Origin: Squalus acanthias
Taxonomy: Eukaryota
DNA: 64,000 bases
Assembly (NCBI GenBank): GCA_030390025.1
Contig: CM059432.1
Coordinates: forward strand, 130,946,001-131,010,000
Direction of reading: 5' to 3'
Part shown: positions 40,313 to 52,624 of the stretch, one piece after another
Position numbering within the stretch: position 1 is the stretch's first letter
Layout of the letters: the number at the start of each line of letters is the position of its first letter
Position numbers and translations under genes: made by a program
Notes under the pieces: model-generated
Databases searched by the model: none
Seen by the model: only the letters and a program-made list of their open reading frames with translations
What the model was told of the DNA's origin: nothing

Positions 40313-42049
40313 CATAAATTTTATTATGGCTATTTCAGTAATGCTTTCCAAATTTCCAGAAAATGTTGGGTAGTGTAACAAGTAAAGAGTATCCTTCGAA
40401 AAAATGTTCCGGTTTGGAGTATTGAGTGCTAAATGTGTTGTTCGGAGCCTGGAGTTTACCAAATTAAAATATTTAGTCATTATCTAGTCATTGTGAAACA
40501 AGAAGCATTTAAAAAGGATTAAAAATATGGTCTACAAGTTTCAGTAGAAGTATCATTTGATGTTTTAAAGTGCATAATAAATTGCATTGAAGCAAATTTA
40601 AAATTGATTTTGCTCACGGCGATGTGGAAGAATATAATCTTTATAAAGTTTAATCTAGATGAAGTCCCACTTACTTCTAAGACATTTCCTCCAGAGCCTG
40701 CTAGGATAAATTAGGTGGTCTACATAGTTTATAAGTGCTGGAATATAATGTGCAGTGTTCAGATCAGATTATTATATAACGCAGCTTATTTTCAAGCCAA
40801 AAAATAAATTGTGATATTTCCTTTGAACTGAAATTGAACAGTTTCCTCTAATGATAGGTTGAACAGTGTAAATTGGTGCAGTGGTAAGTTTTTTTTTAAG
40901 CTGATTTATTGAAGTTGAGCAATTATTGGTAGATGAATATTTGATGCCCCTTCTTCCTTGGGAGCTAAAGTTGCCTCTGTGGATTCTTCTGCAGTAAGTA
41001 GTCCTTGACATTTATATTTAATTGCTCTCTGGTCTGGCACACCTGGAAATTTGGAGAATGTTATTTAAATCACCATCATAAAATTGGCGTTTTTTCAGTA
41101 AGCCCATAGTATTTACTTTCTGTACATTTTTTCTGCATTGTGCAGGACTTAGACTTTGACTTGTTAAAAATGTAATTGTGAATTTCCATTCTGGGTGACG
41201 AGTGTAGTTTTTTATGGGCTTGCTGTTAACAGGAACCCACTGTGCTTTTCAAAAATAGCTTTGAAAACTTGCTATCATTTAGCAATTATTGGCACTGGGA
41301 ATGGAAATGCTTATGAGTGCTACTGCAGACCCAATGACACAATTGTCCTGCATCAGATGGACTCTACAGTGTACTGTAACTGCAAGATTAATCCATTTCC
41401 TTTAATGACTAAAAGCTTGCATGCTTGTGCTATTTAATAGAGTCGATTCTGAAACGTTGGCTTGATTGCTGGAGCAATGCACAGCTGCACATGTGGCAAT
41501 TATAATAAAAGATTGTAAAGTTCAGCACAAATTGATCTTTTGAAAACATCCTAGGTTTCAGGGCATTCAGCAAAAGGAGTGAAAATAATGAATGGGATGG
41601 CCTTATTTAGTCAGCTTTGGAACACAAAAGGACATTTGTCACTAGGGCTCAAAGTCATTTCCTGGAGGGTATTCTCAGTCTCTGTTTGAATTGATAATTT
41701 GAATGTTTGAATTTCAGGACAAGGGTTGATTGTCGCTCACTGGAATGAATGAACTTGCACTGCAGTTGTACATCTGAACTTTTCACCAAATGATCATTCC
41801 TCTGATACTTGATCAGCATTCAATAAGCTTGTGCTGTAGTAATTTATACTCAGCCCCATTTTTATCTGAGGGTAGAATTGAATACTGACTGTCATGGGAC
41901 CGATAAACTATTCATTATTGCCTTAACACTTAACAAAGACTTTCTTGTACCAGTAACAGTTTAAGCTAGTATTGCATTATGTACAAAGCTCCATGTTTCT
42001 CCTGTCCTCGAATTGGAAATTAAGCAAGTACCTGCATCACTGTTCAGAC

Positions 42050-42178
42050 GCAAGCTTCAAGTGCTGCACTGTTGGAGGTGTCGTCTTTCGGATGAGACGC
42101 TAAACCGAGGCCCCTCTGCTCTCTCAGGTGGACGTAAAAGATCCCATGGCAATTTTTCGAAGAGTAGCAGGGGAATTC
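42050..42178 (+). mobile_element. Isolated Deu-domain SINE core
   Basis: gtgctgcactgttggaggtgtcgtctttcggatgagacgctaaaccgaggcccc...gtaaaagatcccatggca. Confidence 0.8.
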
Positions 42179-43490
42179 TATTGTACATAAGTCCCCTTAT
42201 CCTTGTAACTTGTTGTAAAAAGAAGCATTAGTCAACACCTATTATTGTTGTCATGTAGTGTGCTTGAATGATGGGTAGGGACCTTGCACCTTAGTTATGC
42301 TGCCACTTGCTGCATCAAATGGGCATCTGAAACTTCTTACTTTTGGCACAAGTTAAGCAGAATAATTACACCGAGTAATGCATTAAGTGCAATTAGTTAG
42401 ATAGCTAAGTATTACTGTGATTTGGTTCCACAGTTGGTTTGAAATTTTACAGTTTAGAAAAATTCTATGTATGCAGCACAAATATATTGGACTAATGCTT
42501 TTTATTACTGTGGTTTATAGTTTAAGCCCACCAATGAGAGAATATAACAACAAATATTGGGGACTTGCTTCTTAGAGTATCTAGATTTTGCATTTTATAG
42601 TAATGAGGATCTTTTATTCTGGATTTATATTTTTTCTCCAAACTAGATCAGATGTCCCATTGCTATAGTTTTGGTTTTACTAATCTATGCCATAGACTAA
42701 ACCGAAAATAGAACCTATGCCAATAAAACCCAATGTTAAAATATGCCACCATATTGAAACTTGCACTTCATCACATGCAGCATTTTAAAAACACATTGTA
42801 GCTTGCAAAAGTGTTACAGTTCCTCTTCATGTGTGTCCAACAATATTAGCTTTAGATGAGAATGTGAAATACAGAGGCTGTATAGACGTAGGCCGAGTTG
42901 AGTACTGTTGTGAATGGTGGCATTCACGTAATAGACTTCTTGTGTACAGTGCAGCCTGTCTCACTGGAGAGATTGTATTGAGTGCATGTTGATTAGCTCC
43001 TTGCGGTGGTGCATTTCCCAAACTGGGAAAAGACAGTTGCTTACAGATGAGATTCTGAGTGACAGTGATCCAGAACAATACCACTTGCTAGAGTGTTGTC
43101 TTCTGCAACATCAGTGTTATCTTCCAGTGAATTGTTTGCCATTTTTCAGCAGAATTGCAGATCAGTTATTTTCTCTGCAGAAAGTGTTTAAGTTCTAAGT
43201 GTAGCTGAGTACTTCCCTAAATCCCATTTCATATCTATCTGTTGAACTTCATTGGTGCTACTTCATGAAAGATAAGAATTTAAAACGCTTCTGCTACAAT
43301 TCTTGCAGTTATCTAATCCAAGAATATTTATGCTGAAAGAGGCTCAGTTTATGGTAGGTTTTTTGTATACATGGTAAAAAATAAAATTGTGCATCTAGTC
43401 CAAGCCCCAGATTTAATACCGAGGCAAATTCACTTCTGTTGGGTATTTTCAGCTGAATCATTCTGTGTTGGCCAAGTATAAATGATTTGT

Positions 43491-43677
43491 GAAACAGAGT
43501 TAACGTTTCAGGTCGATGACCCTTCGTCAGAACGATCAAAACAGTTCTGACGAAGGGTCATCGACCTGAAACGTTAACTCTGTTTTCTCTCTCCACAGAT
43601 GCTGCCTGACCTGCTGAGTATTTCCAGCATTTTCTGTTTTTATTTCAGATTTCCAACATCTGCAGTATTTTGCTTTT
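43491..43677 (+). mobile_element. Penelope-derived 187-bp mini-element with an inverted 5' pLTR
   Basis: 15-bp TSD GTATAAATGATTTGT at 43476-43490 and 43678-43692. Perfect 42-bp inverted repeat at 43492-43533 / 43544-43585. Confidence 0.9.
43542..43582 (+). ncRNA. Candidate minimal type I hammerhead ribozyme (mirror copy on the minus strand at 43492-43533)
   Basis: GTT-CTGACGA-A-GGGTC-ATC-GACCT-GAAA-CG-TT-AAC. Both core boxes are present, with a stem II hairpin, palindromic AACGTT stem III and a predicted GUU cleavage site after 43575. Confidence 0.75.
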
Positions 43678-44934
43678 GTATAAATGATTTGTAGTTGGTT
43701 ATTGAGAAAAACCTCCTGCTGTTTGACTTTGAATTTGGCTAGGGCTGTGAAGCAGATTTACATCTTGCTAATGCAAACGCATGATACATATCTCTTAATA
43801 CGTTGTTAATGAGCAGAAGAAAAACACAATACATCACTAAGTGTAAATATTGAAGGTGCATTGCAGGCCAGTCGGTGTCTGAAAGAGAAGAGATACATTA
43901 ATGTTTTCAGTGGCACCATTCATCAGAACTATCTACATTTAGTTTGAGGGGGACACCAGTTGTGAACCTTGTTTAGTACATCTGAAATGTAAATATTGGA
44001 TTTCCACCCTTTCTGGAGTTCATACAACAATGGGCATAGTGCTATTTGTAACTAGCTTATTTTTCCTTTGAGTAATCTTAAGACTAATGTTACTGCAGTT
44101 AACTGGGTCAATTCTCAGAAGGGCAAGATAAGAATTTTAGGCAGGGTTGAATGGAAAAGGACTTTGCAAGAAGTATTTGTAATGTAGTGGGATATACTTC
44201 CAGTTAAATAGTGACCTGAAAAGAATGTGCTTATAAGGGAATAAAAAGATTTTTTTTTTCAAATTGCCACCATGAAGATCAATTTCGCATGTTTATTTTA
44301 CTTGTGTATTTGAAATTGTTAATGAATGTTGCTCAAATAGGTTTGTGACGCTTTTTCCATTGTCCTACATATTGAGAGTTAAGTCAAAAATTAAATAGAT
44401 GGGAAGACAATTATTGAGAGGGCTTGACAGACATTTTCTGTAGGAGTTATGGCCGTATAAACTATTTAAGTATTACCAGCCAAATGTAACAGATGGAGGC
44501 CCATTTTAATTTTGAACTTAATTTGTCCCATCTCCTGAAGGCACCTACTCTTGCTGAGCTACATTTCCACTGGTGCTGGAAGCTCGCTAATGCTTTGCCC
44601 AAATTCCTTCATGTGTGAACTTAGATGGTGACTGTCGGCAGGTTATTAGATTCTGGGTGGGGGTGAAGTAATTGCAGTCAAGTCTAATTCTGCCTTCACC
44701 TGACAGCGACACGTGTGCATTATGTATTTCTCAGCAGAGATCACTGGATACTAAGTGGGATCCCTGCCTCTTTCCTTTATCTCTCTCTTTCCATCTCCCA
44801 CCCTCTCTTTCCCCATCCCTCTGCCTCTCCATTGCTGTCCCTCTCGCTTGCTCTCTCTCCCCCTCTCCCCTTCTGCAAAAAAGAGCTTGGGAGCTCAGCT
44901 GTTGTAGTGCCCACAGGGGGGTGGTGAAGGAGAG

Positions 44935-44935
<1 letters not shown>

Positions 44936-44971
<36 letters not shown>
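44936..44971 (+). repeat. (TG)18 microsatellite preceded by a CT-rich tract (about 44765-44875)
   Basis: Read directly from the sequence. Confidence 0.95.
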
Positions 44972-44973
<2 letters not shown>

Positions 44974-45914
44974 TTGCCTGATCTAAATGGAAAAGTAGCT
45001 AAATTACTGAACATGTTGATACTGATTTTTGTCGCCTGAATTAAAGTGAAATTTTTCATGGTTCAAGTTGAGGGATGACGGATACCATGAACAACTGTCT
45101 ATTCTCTGCAGCACAGGCACAAGCTAATTACAGTAGGCAGGGCAGCTGAATAAAAACATCTGTGGAGGCATTTCACAACAGGCGCTTTTCTAATTCCATA
45201 TTTTTTGCTGCCATTTTCATTAGCAGCTGAAGATGAAGCATTCCACTGGGTTTCTGAAATAATTCCCAACTTCTGTGCTACAGATTAGTCCATGAATTTA
45301 TAGGGAATATCCACAGGAGCCTCTTAAATGACCTTCAGGATCTTTTACTCATCCCTACTGATATCCCATATTTGAAAAGGAGATATTGTTCTATCTTTCA
45401 ATTACTTTCAGATTTCCTGCCTGGATTTTCTGCTTCTGTGATCCCCACCAGCTTGTGATTTTCCACTCTCCCATTAATTTTAGTGCAGGGGAAATTACAG
45501 GGTGAGGAGTGCAGAAGTGGAAAAATTTGGCTCCTATATTTAGAGTTTGACGCCAATGAATATATGAATAAAATCACATTCTTTAACAAAAATTGTTTGG
45601 GAGGAAGGAGAGGAGGTCATTTAAAGTCCTCCTTACTTTTGGATTTCATGTAGTCTCCAGGATTTATTTGCCAAGAGGGTAGCCATGAAATTGACTTATA
45701 ATTCCCTGCAAAATCACTCTCTATCTGACTGTTAGGCTGGACACAATATAGATCTGTTGTGTTATCACGTCATCTATGCCCAAGATCAAAAGCTTGCTAT
45801 GAATAATTGCAGGGAAAAAACCCCCCTGCATTTTATGGAGCAGCCTGTTGGCGCATCGATGCAATTTCCCAGCATGCTGCTTCCTTTAATAGAAATTCAG
45901 CACAAGATTTAGAC

Positions 45915-46160
45915 GACGCAGTGAGCAAGAACTCTGTCCTGTCATCTCCGTGACCTGGATTTGAGTCAAACCTGGATTAATGGAATGAACGTCTCTCTGT
46001 GACAGCTGTAGCTGTCCTACATGCAGTTAGTTTGGCCAGTCTCAACCCAGTTCCCAATAAACAAGAATCTGTTGTGCAAAAGTGGCCACAATATAGCACT
46101 AAAATGGCAACCTTTCTCAAAGGCCACAAAGATGGCTGGTGTGGGAAAACTGAATCCCTT
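45915..46160 (+). mobile_element. LF-SINE-like tRNA-derived SINE, degenerate (second copy at about 49585-49790)
   Basis: Collinear blocks (gtctcaacccagttccc, ccacaatatagcactaaaatggcaacc) resemble my recollection of the LF-SINE consensus. Confidence 0.5.
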
Positions 46161-46169
46161 GTATGTTTT

Positions 46170-48010
46170 GGCTAACTGACACTCCTCTATCATCCTTGAA
46201 GCTAAGGACAACCTCACACTCCTACTCTTCACTACAAAATGAATCACCTAACTACTTGTCCTCACCCCTTTCATCCTTGCCTCTGACACCAGCTATGAGA
46301 AGTTCATGGATTTCTTTGTCTCCAAAGTTGAAATCACTTCGTCAGTAGCTTCAGCCTCCTGATGCCCAATATCGATATAATCTCTGATTTCTCCCCATTC
46401 CCCCCACCACCATCATAAGACTCCTCTCTATGAAATCCACCTCCTGACCCAGCTTCTGACCACTCAATTATCTCTCCTTAGCACATTAATCAACATCAGC
46501 AGCCAGTTTCTCTCCTTGCATGTTATTCTTCCCTCTTTCCCACTTTCAAAACTCTTGGAGGTTCTCAAACTTATTGCAACCCAGCTCCTTTGACTCACCT
46601 TGTTTGAATCACCTGAATCCAGCTTCCATTCACCACAGCATTGAGATAGACTGGTCAGAGTTACTAATAATATTGGGGCGTTATCCATCTCTGTTCTCTC
46701 TCTTTCTCTTTTCTTCTCCACCACCAACCTCAATTCTACAACTTGCCAGGGCACAAAGCCATCTATGAGCCAAAAATTCCTTCAACCAAACCTTGGCTGG
46801 ACCAAAGGCATCCTATTCAATTCTTGCAAGAAACGCTACAGAAGTCCTGATTCTATCCTCCCTGGTTACTCAGTCAAGTTAAACTGGATAAAATGCACCT
46901 TTGTTGTCTATCAAGACTGCCAATTACTAACATTATTGCTGCCTCTGTCCCTATGTCACCCCACTACCACTAAAACCCTCATCTAGCATTTGCCAATTAT
47001 TTCTCACTGCTCCTCTGAATTCTACTGTAGATAAACTCCAACTGATCTAGCACCCTGCTGTCTGCATTCTACCATACTAAGTCTTGCTCATTTATCAACC
47101 CACCCCCAATGTTCTCTACCGGCTTCCCTAAACCAACATACTGCGGGGGGCGGGCGGGGGGGATTTTAACCTAAAAAATGGGCGGGTTTGGGGTCGTGTG
47201 GGAAGTTAGTGTTAAAAATCTGAATCTCGATCAAAACCCGCCTCCAACCCACCCACTTCCGGTTTTAATGGAGGCAGGTCATCTATTTAAATATTATGAC
47301 ACTGGAAGCCTCTGCTTTAACCTCCATTTTGAATTTAACTTTAGCTGGTCGGATTTTGCAGGCCTCATGAAACCCGCCAGCTGCAAGGCGAGGACTGCTG
47401 GATCCAGGAGATAAGTGCCTTTACACTTACTTCCTGAATCCAGCACCGCTCTCTAACCCACTCCCCGCCACCCCACCCCGCCACCTGAGGCCTCCAATTC
47501 TCTCTTCCCCCCCGCCCCCTGTCCTCACTGGCCGTTAAATTCGGCAGGGCCTGCAGGAAACCCGTTCTCCCGGGTTTCCCAATCGCTTCGGAGCCTCCCA
47601 GCTCCCAACCCGCCTTCCCCATTAAAATTCAGCCCATTGTCTTCAAAATTTTCCTCCTCATAGACAAATTCCCACATGGCTTTGTTCCACCACACTTCTT
47701 CAACCTCCTCTAGCTTTCTATCCTTGCTCCTCTCTCCTGAGTCTGAACTACTGTATGTCTACCCTTGCCATTTTTGCTCTGCACTACCATTGGTATTGGA
47801 GCTTTCAGCCAGCTCTCTGGAATCTCTGTCAAACCCTCCCCCTCCCCCTTCCCCTTGCTTCATCTCTCGCTACCTTCAAAAGCCATCTCAGGACCGAACA
47901 CTTCTTTTCCAAATCCTCCCTCAACTTTTTAGGGATTTTTTCCCTTCCCTACTGTAAAGCACCTTGGGATGTCTTGCTATGTTTAAGTTGCTGAATAAAA
48001 GCAAGTTGTT
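46170..48010 (+). mobile_element. Heavily decayed L2 LINE interrupted by a MITE
   Basis: Pyrimidine-rich L2-like body (EKFMDFFVSKVE; SQKFLQPNL) and terminal tgtaaagcaccttgggatg...ataaaagcaagttgttg. Confidence 0.6.
47145..47636. mobile_element. Harbinger-like MITE
   Basis: GC-rich insert with right end ttaaaattcagccc and a degenerate left end g...ggattttaa. Similar end motif to 53468-54040. Confidence 0.6.
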
Positions 48011-48664
48011 GGTTTTCTCTCCTGAAAGTGCCAACTCTCATGGGCATTGGTAGCCTTCTATACCACATGACCATTCTTCATGTGTAAACCATGACGGTGA
48101 GCATGAATGTCAGCAGGTTATTCAAGCTTTGAGGCCGCCAGGATGAGCCCAATCTTGTTGTAAGTCGAAGTCCACACATGCATACTTAGCAGCAGGGGCG
48201 CCTCGATAGCAATTGGGGGTGGAAATTCTAGCTGCTTTTCTTTTCCCTTTTCCCCGATCCAGACACACTTGAGACCAATTGTAATGCCCCACCTGCTGCC
48301 CTGGGAGAGGTCAGCTAACTCGGAGTAGAACTGTTGGTCTGTATGGCTTGGTATTGTAGCAGATGACACACATTTATCAGTGCACTGGCGAGCCGCCTTT
48401 TGTTTGAGGACTAGCTCTAAAGTTCTTTTGATTTTATTTAATGCCACAAATAAATCCACACTCAACAAAGAAGGTCTTGTATTTGTATAGTGCCTTATTA
48501 CGACTTAGAAATATCTGAACTTCCAATACAGTGATTTTCTTTGGAGTACAGTAATTGTAATGTAGACAAACTATAGTCTTTGAAAATGGTACTTACTAAT
48601 ACGTCTGTGCAAATGTACATGTTCTCATAACACCTGATGATTCCAAGTTTTATTTTTCCAGAGT

Positions 48665-49272
48665 TAAAAAAGCATACAGGATCCTTGGCTTTATAAATAG
48701 TTATGCTAAACCTTTATAAAACGCTGGTTAGGTCTCAGCTGGAGTATTGTGTCTAATTCTGGGCACCACACTTTAAGTAGGATGTCAAGGCTTTGGATAT
48801 AGTGCAGAGACGATTTGCTAGAATGGTACCAGGAATGAGGGACTTCAGTTACGTGGAGAGACTAGAGAAGCTGGGATTGTTCTCCTCGGAGCAGACTGGG
48901 AAGGTTAAGGGGAGATTTAATAGTCGTTCAAAATCATGCAGGGTTTTGATAGAGTAAATAAGAAGAAACTGTTTAGATTGGCTGAAGGATTGGTAACTAG
49001 AGGACACCGATTTAAGATAATTGGCAAAAGAGCCAGAGGTGTGGGATGAGGATAATTTTTTTTACGCAGCGAGTTATGATCTGGAATGCACTGCGCGAAA
49101 GGGTGGTGGAAGCAGATTCAGTAGTAACTTTCAAAAGGGAATTGGATAAATACTTGAAGGGGAGAAAATTGCAAGGGTATGGGGAAAGAGTAGAGAAGTG
49201 GGACTAATTGGCTAGCTCTTTCAAAGAGCCGGCACAAACTTGATGTGCCGAGTGGTGGCCTCCTGTGCTGTA
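48665..49272 (+). mobile_element. CR1 3' fragment, degenerate, abutting an antisense CR1 3' UTR (about 49278-49400) tail to tail
   Basis: LYKTLVRSQLEYCV...VQRRFARMVPG. The opposite-strand copy begins catacatagatacatagaagataggagcaggagtaggcc. Confidence 0.8.
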
Positions 49273-49892
49273 ATACATACATAGATACATAGAAGATAGG
49301 AGCAGGAGTAGGCCATCCGGCCCTTCGAGCCTGCTCCGCCATTTAATGAGATCATGGCTGATCCTCCAATTCAGTATCCCGTCCCCGCCTTCTCTCCGTA
49401 TATTTGATGATTTTATGAAATTAGCAGGTGGTTGGAATGTTGACCTATTTTCTTGCTAACACTGCCTCAGAGATAACCTAAATAGCTTGCAATACCCAAA
49501 GCAATCCTCTTTCTTTAATGTTAACTAGTAAGGTATTTTTATTTTCAATTTATATATATTTTTTAAAAGTCAATACAGAAGATGTTGTGGCAGAGAGTTA
49601 AGCACACTGCCCTTTTCAGATTTGAGGCATGAGTTAAAATCCAGTTCAGACTGATGCGATGAAAGTTGTCACTTTCTGTTAGCTGTAAACGTCTTCGGGA
49701 TTAGACTTTGGCGAGCCTTGACACAGTTCATACTGGGTGTTTGGCAGGGGTGGGGAATTGATGGAGCAGAACCTTGTCTTTATAGTTGGATGATTCTAAC
49801 TGAATATAATACTGTATGAGCAAAGTCTTATTTTCTGCAATCTGAAGAGAAACCATTTCATTGTATTAGATTTACTTGCATTCTTCTGTATT

Positions 49893-50346
49893 CCAAAACT
49901 TTGCTGCCATATCCTAACTCTCACCAAGTCCCATTAATTCATCACCCCTGTGCTCGCTGACCTACATTGGCTCCCAGTCCAGCCAAGCCTCGATTTTTAA
50001 AATTCTCATCCTTGTGTTCAAATCCCTCCATGGCCTTGCTCCTCCCTATCTATGTAACCTCCTCCGACCCTCAGAACTCTGCGTTGCTCCAACTTTGGAC
50101 TCTTCGTTCGCCCCACCATTGGCGGCCGTGCTTTTAGCCATCTAGGCTCTAAACTCTGGAATTCCCTCCCTTAACCTCGCTGCTTCTCCACCTTGCCCTC
50201 CTCCTTTAAGACGCTTCGTAAAACCTAGCTCTTTGACCTATCCTAATGCCTCCTCCTTTGGCTCTTAAATTTTGATTGTTAACGCTGCTGTGAAGCGCAT
50301 TGGGACATTGTACTACGCTAAAGGCGTTATATAAATGCAAGTTGTT
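49893..50346 (+). mobile_element. L2 LINE 3' fragment
   Basis: Homologous to 36018-36505 (ITPVLADLHWLPV; tail aaggcgttatataaatgcaagttgtt). Confidence 0.85.
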
Positions 50347-50487
50347 CGTTCAACTTCTGCAAGGATACTTCTGGAAGGCTTCACATTCTCAGAACATTTT
50401 AAAATATATAAGCTGCAATAATATTTTTGCATAGAAAGCCTGTTACTATGTAGTAAGGAACATTTATCCTGCAAATGACGGGGCTGT

Positions 50488-50806
50488 TGTCTTCTTAGGC
50501 AGTCCCTCGGAACCGAGGATGACTTGCTTCCACACTAAAAATGAGTTCTCACGTGACTGATGAGTCCAATGTGGGACCTACAGTCTCTGTCGCAGGTGGG
50601 CAGACGGTGGTTGAAGGGGTTGGGTGCTTGGGTTGACGTGCGCTCCTTCCGCTGTTTGCGCTTGCTCCCGGCGAAGAGACTCGAGGTATTCGGCACCTTC
50701 CCGGATGCTTCTCCTCCACTTTGTGCGGTCTTGGGCCAGGGATTCCCAGGTGTCGATGGGGATGTTGCACTTTTTTAAGGAGGCTTTGAGGGTGTCCTTG
50801 AAGCGT
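50488..50806 (-). mobile_element. RTE (BovB-like) LINE 3' end
   Basis: Minus strand RFKDTLKASLKKCNIPIDTWESLAQDRTKWRRSIREG... followed by a C-terminal C-x2-C...HIGLISH zinc-finger-like motif and an aagaaga tail. Confidence 0.8.
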
Positions 50807-51557
50807 TGTCTACACTATTGTAGAGTTGCCATTTTCCCTGCAATACAGGAAGTTTTTTTTACCAAGGATGTTCTTGCCTAGGAGAAAACTATATAAAGTG
50901 CTTGAAATTCAAAATAGAATTACTAATCAAGGGTATTCTCATTTGTGCATTAGCAGTACCCAGAGTGTTCACTGTCAGAAATGCCAGACTTTCCCTTAGT
51001 GGAGTGACTAAGTGCCTTGAGCTCCATACAGACTGTGATGATGCATATTGAGGGTTTTTTTTCTTCCTGAAGTTGATATTCCTCATCAGTCAAGAACCTT
51101 CAGCTTCAGCTGGAACTGGCCCAGTATCTGCTTTTCATAGATGGTGGGCGCCAGCTATCTTTAGAGAAAAAAAACAATCGGTCCACAATCATTTGCGAGC
51201 ATTTATCCCTCTCAGCTATGCCATCAGGGGGTTGTAACCCACTGGATATGACGCACTTTGAGATTGCTGCAGTGAAACCCTCCTGCTCGTTGAGCACCAA
51301 AGCACATTGTGTTTTCCCTGATAATGAAGAATTTCTAAGATAATTGCACTTTCTGCTCTATTACCTCTGCAGTTAAATTAAATGAGCTTTATGCTCTAAT
51401 GGTGGGCCCATCTCATTATTTGGCACAAAAAGGCAATCCTTTACTTTCTATATATATGGAACCAAGAATATTCACCAGTCTACACAATTGCTTCACCTGA
51501 TAAAGCTAGCTAAACCCATTAGCAAACAAGATGGGTGGGTGGTAGAGTGTATTATAA

Positions 51558-52624
51558 ATAAAAACAGAAAATATTCAGCAGGTCAGGCAGCATCTGTGGG
51601 GAGAGAAACAGAGTTAACGTTCCAGGGCGATGACCTTTCGTTAGAACTGGAAAAAGTTCGAGATTAAACAAATTTTAAACAAGTACAGGGGCAGGGAAAG
51701 GGGGGAGGGGAGGAAAGAACAAAAGGGAAGGTCTGTGACATGGTGTAAGGCAGGGGAGATTAAAAGACAAAAGGGATGATAGTGCAAGGCAAAAGGAGAT
51801 GGTAATGGGACAAGTTAAGAATCAAAAGATGAGTCTGGATGAGGTGTAAATGGAAATGGCAGAATCATCAACAACTGCCATGCGTGAAAATAGGGACAGA
51901 GGTTATGGTCTGAAATTGTTGAACTCGATGTTGAGTCCAGAAGGCTGTAAAGTGCCTAATCGAAAGATGAGATGCTGTTCCTCAAGCTTACGTTGAACTT
52001 CGTTGGAACAGTGCAAGAGGCTGAGGATGGAGAGGTCAGAGTGGGAGTGGAGCGGTGAATTAAAGTGACAGGTGACTGGAAGCTCGGGGCCATGCTTACG
52101 GACTGAATGGAGGTGTCCGCAAAGCGGTCACCCAATCTGCGTTTCTTCTCCCCAATGTAAAGGAGACCGCATCGTGAGCAGCGAATACAGTATACTAAAT
52201 TTCAAGAAGTACAAGTAAATCGCTGTTTCACCTGGAAGGAGTGTTTGGGGCCCTGGACAGTGGGAAAGGTGGAGGTAAAAGGTCAAGTGTTGCATCTCCT
52301 GCGCTTGCATGGGAAGGGGAAGAGGGTGTTGGGGGTGATTGAGGAGTGGACCAGGTTGTCGCGAAGGGAGCGGTCACTTCGGAATGCTGAAAGGGGAGGG
52401 GAAGATGTGTTTGGTGGTGGCAGAAATGGCGGAGGATGATCTGTTGAATGTGGAGGCTGGCAGGGTGAAAGGTGACAAGGGGAACCCTATCGTGGTTCTG
52501 GGAGGAAGGGGTTAGAGCAGAAGTGTGGAAATAGAACGGACACGGTCAAGGGCCATGCCACGGTAGAGGGGAATCCTCGGTTGAGGAAAAAGGAAGCCAT
52601 ATCGGAAGCACTAGAATGGAAGGC
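51558..52624 (-). mobile_element. Penelope-like element (Neptune-type), 3' part; resumes at about 55612-55738 after the nested CR1 block
   Basis: Collinear with 55742-56840. Contains the GIY-YIG relic (LVYCIRCSRCGLLYIGE) and a pLTR with a mutated hammerhead core (CTAACGA...GGAAC). Confidence 0.88.

Noticed and set aside
51615..51655. Active hammerhead in the first Penelope pLTR
   Set aside because: Both core boxes are mutated (CTAACGA and GGAAC).
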